Shown here piece after piece: positions 38,645 to 48,202 of a stretch of 64,000 nucleotides of DNA. The position numbers and the translations under genes were made by a program. How positions within the stretch are numbered: the stretch's first letter is position 1; each line of letters starts with the position of its first letter. The notes below the pieces were generated by a model, which worked only from the letters and a program-made list of their open reading frames with translations, searched no databases and was not told the origin of the DNA. The stretch spans positions 62,001 to 126,000 of the forward strand of contig OZ025697.1 of assembly GCA_964019335.1 (NCBI GenBank), in the 5' to 3' direction. Source of the stretch: Diplonema japonicum. Lineage: Eukaryota; Protista; Euglenozoa: Diplonemea.

Positions 38645-41263
38645 CTACTCTTCGATAGGTTCGTTCGGCTTAGGGTCTTCTATCGTTTCAGCCACAGGGG
38701 CGTCGTCACTCTCACTCCCCGCAGAAGTGAATGCAATGACTGCACCTGCAATAATGAGGGAACCCGCCAGGAGGATGAGGCCCACCCACCAGTAGTCCCA
38801 GCCATCGTCGAAGAGGGGAGCGCACACGAAGGCGAACCTAGTCATCAGCTTGATCAGAATGTTAAGGGCAGGCCCAGAGGTGTCCTTGAACGGGTCACCC
38901 ACAGTGTCACCGCACACGGCCGCCTTGTGGCAGTCGGTACCCTTGCCCTGAACCTCACCGTCAATCGAGAACCCACCAGCCTCAATCCACTTCTTGGCGT
39001 TGTCCCAAGCACCACCAGTGTTGCTCATCATCACACCAAGGAGGTACCCAGAGGAGATGGCCCCCATGAGGAGACCCACAAGGCAGTGGGACCCGAAGAG
39101 GAAACCCATCACAAGAGGGGAGAAGATGGCAAGAACACCGGGGAGAAGCATCTCCCTCAGAGACGAGTTGCAGCTGATGGTGATGCACCTCTTGTAGTCG
39201 GGCTTCTGGGTGGGGTCAGTCAGGATGGCGGGGTTCTCCTTGAACTGCCTCCTCACCTCGTGCATCATCTCCTGGGCGGCCTTGTTCACGGAAAGCATGG
39301 TCATCGCACCGAATACGTACGGGAGGAGGGCACCCACAAGAAGACCGATCACCACAACCGGCTTGAGAAGGTTCACACTCTCGATGTCAGCAACACGGGC
39401 GAAGGCAATAAGAAGAGAAAGGGCGGAGAGGACAGCACTCCCGTTGGCGAAACCCTTACCAGTGGCGGCGGTGGTGTTGCCAAGGGCGTCAAGGCCGTCG
39501 GTGTAGTCCCTCACCCACTCAGGCAGCTCAGACATCTCAGCAATACCACCAGCGTTGTCAGACACAGGGCCGTAGGCATCGGTCGACATGGTCACACCAA
39601 GGGTGGAGAGCATACCAACACATGAGATGGCAGTGCCGTAGAAACCAGCTAAGTAAAAGGCACCGAGAACAGCGGCCACGATGAGGAGAAGGGGAACAAC
39701 GGTGGAGTACATCCCCATACCGAGACCCTGGATCACAACGGGACCAGGCCCGAACTCAGTGGCGCGCCCGATGGACTGGGTGGGCTCCTCAGTGTGGCTG
39801 GTGAAGTACTCGGTCACCATCCCGATGAGGATACCAACAACAAGACCGAGGATGATGCACCCGAACAGCCTTGCACCAGGGTCCTTCTGATCGAAGGAGA
39901 CAGAGTAGCCGGGCGTGCTATCAAGGTCGTCAAGGAAGTCACCCTCCTCCTCGAAGAGGTAAAGGCAGAGAAGGAGGCACGACACCACAATGATACTACC
40001 GGCAATGAGGACATTCAGGCGCATGGCCTTCAGCAAGTCGTCGAGGTCGGGTGTCTTCTCGGTGTTCACCCTGATATGCACAGTGCAGAATACGCTAGTT
40101 ACAAGCCCAATGGCAATGATGTAGAAGGGAAGAGCGACACCCTTCTCACCAAACTCCGTAGCCCCCACGACAGCAGCAGCAACAACAGAACCGACATAAG
40201 ACTCGAACAGATCGGCACCCATACCAGCAACATCACCCACGTTGTCACCAACGCAGTCAGCAATGGTGGCGGGGTTCTTGGGGGAGTCCTCACCAAGGTC
40301 CTTGTCCACCTTACCACAAAGGTCGGCACCAACGTCAGCAGCCTTCGTGTAGATACCACCACCCACACGGGCGAACAGGGCAACAGCGGAGGAACCGAAA
40401 CCGAACCCACCAAGGGACTCGGTGTTTCCGAAGATGGCGTAGCAAAGGGACAGACCGAATGCACCGCAGGACACAACACCAATGCCCATGCAGGCACCGG
40501 TACGGAAGGCCACCTGGAGACCTCGTGAGATACCGGCCTCTCTTGAGGAGTAGCAAGCAGCAGCGGTACGGCAGTTACCTTCAGTGGCAATGTGCATGCC
40601 CATGTACCCACACCCAGCGGAGAGGAAGGCCCCGAAAAGGAAGGACACGGAGGCTGCGGGGACCCAGTCGTTCTCCTGACCGTCGATGGCGATGAAGAGG
40701 AAGATCCAGAGGAGGGCGACGAAGGGTGCGAGCCAAGTGTACTCCTGGTGGAGGAAGGACATGGCGGAATCATGAATTATCTCAGCAGTCTCGTGCATCT
40801 CGTCGGTACCACGGGGCTTGGAGAGGACATCGCGGGCGTAGAGGAAGACAGCAGCAAAGCCAAAGAAGGATGTGCACATGGTAGTCCAGATTGCGGTGTA
40901 GGGGACTTTGTAGGTGCAAGGGCCGATCTGGAGGGCGGCAGAGCGGTCGATGGTGCCGTCGTTGGGCCTGTCGCGGACTATCGTAGCGTTAATGCACATA
41001 GGCTCCGAGAAGGCATAAAGCCATTGCCTGAAATGCCTGTTTTCCAGTGCCGTCCACTGCGGGTTGAACTCGTCGTTCCTGTCAAAGTCGTTCTTCTCAT
41101 TCGCCACAAAGATCAACGCGAAGGCAGCACACATGAACACCAAGCTTACCGCAGCCCCGACAAGCGTCCCGGGTCCAGGCGGTTCCAAATGCCCATCAGC
41201 ACCATTTCCCTCACCCTCAGTCAGCTCCACAGGCTTCTCATCTGTCTTGACCTCTTCAGACAT
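38645..41263 (-). CDS. hppA: membrane-integral pyrophosphatase copy 7 (most divergent, apparently intronless)
   Basis: Same motifs (DLFESYVG); start [10 protein letters not shown] at 41263; the upstream part of the tracked ORF is homopolymer spacer. Confidence 0.93.
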   Translation of the reverse strand: MSEEVKTDEKPVELTEGEGNGADGHLEPPGPGTLVGAAVSLVFMCAAFALIFVANEKNDFDRNDEFNPQWTALENRHFRQWLYAFSEPMCINATIVRDRPNDGTIDRSAALQIGPCTYKVPYTAIWTTMCTSFFGFAAVFLYARDVLSKPRGTDEMHETAEIIHDSAMSFLHQEYTWLAPFVALLWIFLFIAIDGQENDWVPAASVSFLFGAFLSAGCGYMGMHIATEGNCRTAAACYSSREAGISRGLQVAFRTGACMGIGVVSCGAFGLSLCYAIFGNTESLGGFGFGSSAVALFARVGGGIYTKAADVGADLCGKVDKDLGEDSPKNPATIADCVGDNVGDVAGMGADLFESYVGSVVAAAVVGATEFGEKGVALPFYIIAIGLVTSVFCTVHIRVNTEKTPDLDDLLKAMRLNVLIAGSIIVVSCLLLCLYLFEEEGDFLDDLDSTPGYSVSFDQKDPGARLFGCIILGLVVGILIGMVTEYFTSHTEEPTQSIGRATEFGPGPVVIQGLGMGMYSTVVPLLLIVAAVLGAFYLAGFYGTAISCVGMLSTLGVTMSTDAYGPVSDNAGGIAEMSELPEWVRDYTDGLDALGNTTAATGKGFANGSAVLSALSLLIAFARVADIESVNLLKPVVVIGLLVGALLPYVFGAMTMLSVNKAAQEMMHEVRRQFKENPAILTDPTQKPDYKRCITISCNSSLREMLLPGVLAIFSPLVMGFLFGSHCLVGLLMGAISSGYLLGVMMSNTGGAWDNAKKWIEAGGFSIDGEVQGKGTDCHKAAVCGDTVGDPFKDTSGPALNILIKLMTRFAFVCAPLFDDGWDYWWVGLILLAGSLIIAGAVIAFTSAGSESDDAPVAETIEDPKPNEPIEE

Positions 41264-41611
41264 GTCTCCACGTTTAGTAGCGCGTGTAAATTTAACAAAA
41301 AGAATTTCCTGGAACGAAAATGGTACCAATGGTGGCAGAAGCGAAAAATGATATTTTGAACAAAAAAAAGGGGGGGTGGGGGCGGATATTAAAAAGAAAT
41401 AAATAATTGAATACGGGTAAATATAATAGGGAATATGGGGAGGTGTAAAAAAAAAGGGGGGGGAGGGACCACGCATATGCTTAGGAGTGTATGCCCGGAG
41501 AAAAAAGAAAAGGGGAGGGAGAAAGGAGAAGTTAAAAAAAAGGGGGGTATATAGGAATAGTATACATTAAAAAATAAAAAAAAAGGAGAGAGGACAAAGG
41601 ATCCCTCTCCC

Positions 41612-42843
41612 CTAGTCCCGTCTGGACCCTGCGTGGGTAACAATAGAGGGCAGCACGATGTAGTCACCAACATCAAGCCTGAAATCAATGATAAGTGTCC
41701 CGGTGGACTGTGTTGTACCCTGAGCATAGATGTACACACGCTCAGCATTCTCAGCATCACGAGCCAGCGAGGAAGCATCGCCCGTTGTGACGGACCCCTT
41801 CACGTAGTTGGTGGGGAAGGTTTGCCTGCAAAAAAAAAAAAAAAAAATTCTTTTTTTTCCCTTCTTTTTTTATTCATTACATACGTAATGCACTCCAAGT
41901 ACTCGGGCCTGATCCTCGAGTCATAATTACAAAATCGCAGCCCGTGGATCTCTTCGTCACCAGGCCACCCCTCTTCCCAGAGGTTGGAGCTGTTCTTGAA
42001 TGAAACATTGTAGAACCCGTTGCTGGAATCGATGTTGAACTGAATGCGGACCCACGTCGAGACGGCAGAGTTCGAAAACATAGAATCCTTAATCTTTGTA
42101 ACCTTGTACGCGGTGACCAGTGTACCGGTGGGGTCTGTCGGGACGTCAGTTGCAGCGGAACAGTTCGACGCACCATCGCTGTAGTCGGTGGTGACACCAG
42201 CAGGGTTGTACTGTGTGGTTGTGGTGTCTGCCTTGGAAGTGCTTGACGATGCGGTGGTGATCCCGAACGCGCAGTGGGTGTCGCGTCCGTCGTTTGTGTT
42301 CAACGCATCGATGGTGGTAGGGACTCCACGCGATGTCATCTCCAAGCTTTGAAAGATCTGAACGTCGATCTCCATTGTGGTCGTGGAACAGACACCTTTG
42401 CACCCTTTGTAAGCGTGCGAGAAGTCGCAATTCAACGCAACATTACTGTCCGTCGACGCGTTCATATCGCTGGCGTAGCAGTTACCTGGAGTGTAGCTGT
42501 CAGACGATGACACAGTGGATGGGGTGTGTGCTGGGTTGTTGTCACCCGCACGGCCGTTGTCCGTGTGCGTCGCCACACCGTTCGCAAATGCCTGCCCGTT
42601 TTGTCCCAAGATCGTTGTGGAGTCGAACACTATATTGACGGCCCCGCCCCCGTTCGGGAACCTCGGGTCCCTCCCCCTTGGGATCAGGAAACCGGTTGTC
42701 GAATCCAACGCGGTGTTTCTAAACGACGACAGGTACGTCACGCTGTTGTTCACACTGACAGTCATATCAGAACGAGGCTTCGCACTGCGTGACAGATACC
42801 CCTCGCACGCTGCAAGCATGGTGATTAAGGCTGCAATACGCAT
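41612..42843 (-). CDS. secreted Ser/Thr/Asn-rich hypothetical protein
   Basis: Signal peptide MRIAALITMLAACEG; intron 41826..41884 joins to ORF 41612..41803 (ECIT|QTFPTNYVKG...). Confidence 0.72.
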
Positions 42844-42987
42844 TTTTTTTTCCTTTCTTTCTTTGTTGTCCTTTCTTTTTTTTTTTTTTTTTTTCTTAGA
42901 GAGAAAAAAAAAAAAAAAAAAAAAAGAGGGGGAAGTTATTTTATGAGAGATTTTTTTTCATCTTTCTTTTGTTTCGGTTTTCCGGTG

Positions 42988-43449
42988 TCAGCACAGTCTT
43001 GCCGCTTCGCATGCTGCTGCACCACTGAGAGTCTTCGGGTTGTGTTTTTCAAGACATCTTGCCTTCAGTGAATACAACAACGGGAGTTGAGAAGCTGGAG
43101 CGTTCTGAATGGCTAAGGATACACAGTTTGATGCGTTGCCGTAGTAGCCAGACTCGTGGAGGGTAGAGGCCAAACTGTGCCAGGCACTCCATGTTGTGGC
43201 GGGATCGTCTTCAAGAATAGTCAGTTTCAAGACCAACGCGTGTTTGGTACAGCCCAAGGTCTCCAGAACCACTTGAAGTCTCTTTCGTTGTTCGACCCCC
43301 ATCCCCGCCACGTCCCAGCAGGGAGTGGCATTGACTAGTCTCCTCATTTCCCTCTTGGCATCATTGTCGGCAGCCTCCGCAAATTCTCTAGCCTCTCTGT
43401 ACCTCCTCATTTTAAAAGCCCACTCGAACCGCCTCAAGTTGGCTGACAT
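42988..43449 (-). CDS. small helical, TPR-like hypothetical protein (153 aa)
   Basis: AWHSLASTLHESGYYGNASNCVSLAIQNAP resembles one TPR motif. Confidence 0.6.
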   Translation of the reverse strand: MSANLRRFEWAFKMRRYREAREFAEAADNDAKREMRRLVNATPCWDVAGMGVEQRKRLQVVLETLGCTKHALVLKLTILEDDPATTWSAWHSLASTLHESGYYGNASNCVSLAIQNAPASQLPLLYSLKARCLEKHNPKTLSGAAACEAARLC

Positions 43450-44176
43450 TGTGTAAGTGCTGTTGAATTTGAAAAAAAAGAAAAATCGGGTGAACCGGTG
43501 AAGAAAAAAAAAAAGAAAAAATGGAGGGGGTATTCAAAGAAAAAGAAAAAAAACAGGGGATGGACGGGGGAGGGGGAAATTTCTTTTGACGATTTTGTGC
43601 TTTTTTTTTTTTTCTCCTCTCCTGCCCCCCCTTTTTTTCTTTTTTCGTTTACGCAGAATGAAAAAATAAGAAAGAAAAGTACGTTCAAATGCACTTGAAG
43701 GTGAGGGGGCAAAGAGCGATGGGGGAGAAGGGGGAACAACTTGACAGGAGATACGGGGTGGGGGGCACGATAGCGAAAAATGAGTGGGTAGGGAGGGGTT
43801 TTACAAAAAAAAAAAAAGAAAAATGGAGCAACTCAAAAATAACCCATTTCCCCCCCCCCCCATTTTAAAAGTCTTTTCGGAGGGTGACAAAAAAAAAGAA
43901 AAACATTGGAAATTTAAAAACGTCAAAAAAGGGGGGGGGGGAAGTTCTTTTTTAATCGCACCTACTCTTAAAGAAAGGAGTGAGACATGCTTTTTTTTGG
44001 GGGGGGGTAGAGAAAAGAAAAAAAAAACACTTGAAGAAACCAAAGTACTAAAGAGGAAAAAAAAAAAGTCGATCTCCTTTTTAACCTCTTTTTTTTTCCC
44101 AAGGGGGAGGGATGGTGGGGGAAAACGGGGGAAATACATGGAAAAAGCTACAAAAAAAAAAAAGAACACAGGCTGT

Positions 44177-44328
44177 CTATTCCTCCTCTTCCTTGGGAGC
44201 CTCCTCAGCAGCAGCCTCCTCAGCAACAGGCTCCTCTTCGACAGGCTTCTCTTCCTTGGGGGCCTCCTTAGGGGCCTCCTTAGGCTTCTGGAACTCGAGA
44301 GGTGGCTGGCGTGCCTGAAGAATAAAAT

Positions 44329-44365
<37 letters not shown>

Positions 44366-47229
44366 CATGCAAAAAAAAAAAAAAAAAAAAAAAAGTACCT
44401 TGGAACGAACAGCGTTCTCGTACAGGTGCATCAAGTTGCCTGCGTTAGCAACTATCTCATCGTCAGTCTCAAGCATGGCAAGGTCCTTGAGGGTCATGAT
44501 GTCGAAAGTGATGACAAGAGTCTAAAGGGGGGTTTTTTTTTTCTCTTTTCGCTGTTTACCTTGATAGCCTTGAAAATCTGACTGTACTGGAATTTCTCGA
44601 TCTTCTTAAACTTACCATAGATCTCCCATTCCTGGCCTTGAGGCAACTGTTTTTTTTTTTTTTTTTCTTTTTTTTCTTTCCATAGCCATCAACATACATC
44701 GCTTTTTCCAAGCAGCTGGACGATAACACGTTTCACCTCCATGTGCGCGGAAAGGAAAACCTTGTGCACGGGGATGGACTTGCCTGTTTAAAAAAAGATA
44801 AGGGGTGGGGAAAAAAAAAAGAGAAAAAAAAAGAGAGAAATGTCAATCATACACTTGTCGGTCGTGGTGAGGATGAGCTGGTGGTCGAGGTCGAAGTTGA
44901 GTGCGACCTCCTTCAGCTTGGCCATCACGTCGTTCAGTTTCTCCCTGGTGGCTCTCACATCCTCGTCGCTGTCCTTCTTGTTCTGGATATCTTTTCTGAT
45001 GTCTTCGTTGCTCTTCTTCGCTTCCGCCACCCTCTCCTTGAGCGCATCCCTCTTTTGCTTCAGTGCGTCCCTCTTCGACCTCAGGTCCTCCAGTGCCTCA
45101 ATCCTCTTCATCCTCTCCTTCTCCTCTTCCTGCTGCCTCTGGAGGTCTGCGAGCTTCTTCTCCTTCTCCGCAAGCTCGTTCTCTGCCTTGTTCTTCATGT
45201 GCATGTTCAGCCATTCATCGCACTTCTGCTGGTACAGGGCCAGCAGGCCCTTCTCTGTGTTCCTCTGCAGCAGGTCCGCGAGCGCCTTCTTCTTTTCCTT
45301 TTCCCTGAGCCCCTGTCCCCACTTCCAAAACTTCAGGAAGTACACCCTCTGCATGCCCCTCACGCTGTTGTTCATCATGGTCTCAGCAAGAGCGGACTTC
45401 TTTGCGTTTCTCTTCGCAACCTGCCTCCAGTTCACCCATTTGAAGTAGTACACGCGCATCAGCCCGATGTCGCCGGAGCGGAGCAGGGCGCTGGCGACCT
45501 GTTCCCTCTTCTTGCGGATCCTCATGCGGTCCAGGAACCTCGTCCACTTCCTGTACGAGAACCTCATGAGCCCCTTCTCGGTGTTGGCAACGAGGGCCTC
45601 GGCCAGGTCGGTCTTGTGCTGCTCCTTCTTCTTCTTGAAACGGTAGGCATTGATCTTCTTCCAGTATGCCCTCCTCAGACCCTTCTTTGTGGTGCACAAG
45701 ATGCTGTCGACCATTGCAAGCTTCTGCCTTTGCTTCTTCCCCTGCAGTGCGATGGCGCCGAGCTTGTCGTAGTAGACACGGATCAGGCCCTGTGTCATGC
45801 TGCGCGCAAGGCACTCCGTGACTGCCGACCTTCGGTTGATCTCGTACTTCTTGGCGAGCCAAGCGGCCCACTTCCTCTGGTAGATGTACAGGAGACCCTT
45901 GGTCGTGTTCACCATCAGGGCGTGGGCAAGGTTCTGCGTCCTCCTTTTGTCGATAGCCATGATCTGTTGTGGGTGTCAGGTCTGTGCGTGTGTTGCATAC
46001 ATTGTCAATGAACTTCTGCCAGCTGTCGAGCCCTGCCTGGTCCTTGTTGATGATGACCTGCATCCCGTCGATCGCTTCCTGCATCTGCTCCTCAGCCCTG
46101 CTCCACTGCGCGAACCAAGAGAAGTTGGCACCGTTCGACCCAGTGGACCACACTCGCACGGCGTCCCAGGAAGCAAAGGTGGTGAGGTCGCGGAAGGCCC
46201 CACACTCCAGGGGCGCACCGCCCTCAATGTTGCTGTCCTCAGACTGGGAGTTGCGCCTGTGGAAAAGTGGAAAAAAAAAAAGAAAAGAAAAACATACGGG
46301 CCAAAGGGCGCCGTAGACTCCCACTTGTGAACCCTACCGCTGTCGTCAATGCTCCACATCTGGTGAGCCCTCGTGTCACCGATCAGCTTCCTGATGGGAC
46401 AGTCATGCCAGCCCTCCTCGCCAATGGGCTGCCTGTCGGGATGCCTCTGGGTGACCTGCCCCCAGGCATTGATGAGACCCTCGGAACCACCGCTGAACAG
46501 CATGCCGTCCATGTACTTCAGGCAGGTCACAGTTGCGCTGGGGTGTGCCTCGAACACGCGAAGCGACTGCAGGGACTCGCTGTCGAGGACGTTGACGTTG
46601 CCCTGAAGATCACCAGTGAAGACGAAGGTGCTGTACGCCTCGAGCGCAGTGAGGGAGGTCGAGGGGCTTGCCCTCTGGATGTGTGTAAAGGGAGCTGGTT
46701 CGTCGGGGTTCCTCTCGTCATCCTCGTCATCGATCTTCTCAGGCGCCGCCCACTTGATGATGAGACCGTCGGTGGAACCGGAGAGCATGGAACCGTCGTA
46801 CACTGGGCAGAAGAAGTGGACGGGCCCTGTGTGCGGCTTGTCAGTCTCGGGGAGGGGGCTCATGGCGGAGGGCCATTCCTCGTCGACGACAAGGTGATCG
46901 TAGACCTTCACACCACCGTCGTTGAACCCAACCCACATGTAGCTGTTGGTGGCGTACAGCCTCTCCACCAACCCGGCACCGCTGGGCTGCGTCTTGTGCG
47001 CAATCTCACCCGTGAACCCGTTCCTCACAGCGATGCTGCCGTCCTCCTCCGCAGTCCACAGCGTGGCACCTCCCTGGAGCACCTCGATGGCCCTCACACC
47101 ACTCGCCTCGAACTCCTTCACAACAGACGACACAGCGCCCTTCGGGGCCACTGGCTTGGGCCTCCTCGGGCTACCACTGACAGGGTCCATCCCATAGCTG
47201 TACCCACCACCCACCCTTTGCGCCGACAT
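44177..47229 (-). CDS. WD40-like beta-propeller plus ~34-aa helical repeats plus coiled coil; probable flagellar/cytoskeletal protein
   Basis: Seven exons join in frame via introns 46257..46297, 45964..46000, 44784..44852, 44647..44697, 44522..44559 and 44315..44398; WD-type blades (MLSGSTDGLIIKW, LFSGGSEGLINAW); strong codon bias. Confidence 0.82.
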
Positions 47230-47354
47230 CTTTGTTCAATACCCTGCAATGAGGTGTGAATATACGTCGTTCTTGTATTACTCGTTACTTTTTACTGGTG
47301 TCTATACTGTCCTAGTTTCTTTTTTCCTTTTAAAAAAAAACAAAAGGGGGATAG

Positions 47355-48055
47355 TTAGTTGGCGGTGTCCTGTATGTCATGCATGCGCACCTGGCCTTCA
47401 GATTCGCGCTGCCTCTTGCGGTGCAGCCGCTGGATGACCAAGATGTTCAGCAGAAGTGCGATAGACGCGATTGCAGCCCCACCGTACTGCGCTTTAATGG
47501 CCTCCTCGTTACAAGACTCCATAGGGGCCGTCACATTGTCCATAGGTGTTGTTACATTCCCACTGTCTAGAGGTTCCTGGGGGGTGCCAGAGGTGGAAGA
47601 ACAGTCCTCGTCCAAGTAGTAGGCGTTGACCCCAATGGTAGCCCCCAGGAGGCAGTAGGTGAGGGGGAGCATCACAAGAAGCTGTTTTTTTCTTCTTCTT
47701 TTTTTTTGGTGAGCATACCATAAGATTGTTGCAACCCCCCACCCAACCGTCCTTAGAAAACGTGCAGTACACTAAAAGCACGGCTGTGAATGAGCCCAAC
47801 ACCACGGCCAGAATATGAACCGTCTGTGCCCCATCCACTCCTCTCCTTTTTTTTGTTTTTTTTTTTTTTTGTTTTTTTTTTTTTTTTTTTTTTTTTTTTT
47901 GTTGGTATTGTTGTCCCCTCTACATACTTCGATGCGTCCACGATCCACCCCGTCATAAAGATCAGCAGTCCCACAATGAACCCCACCACCAGCAACACAT
48001 GGAACAGCTGGTTCTGGAAATCCTTCATGCGCGAGCAGCATCCCTCTTCGGCCAT
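47355..48055 (-). CDS. small four-TM membrane protein
   Basis: Three ORF fragments join via introns 47846..47927 and 47682..47718 into a protein with four hydrophobic helices and a Cys-flanked loop. Confidence 0.68.
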
Positions 48056-48202
48056 TGTGCTTGTGTACAAAGCTGCCCTAAAGACTCAATCGTGCGGGAA
48101 AATAAGAAGAAACAAGGGAATAACTATAAAAAAGAGAGCATCTTATTTAACAATCTATCTAAAATAGTGCACAGACACACACACACACACACCTCACAAA
48201 GG

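Noticed and set aside
14530-41263. mPPase array as a pure assembly duplication or as bacterial contamination
   Set aside because: Copies have unique spacers, introns, N-terminal loops and tails; six carry spliceosomal introns; the flanks are eukaryote-specific genes in the same sequence style
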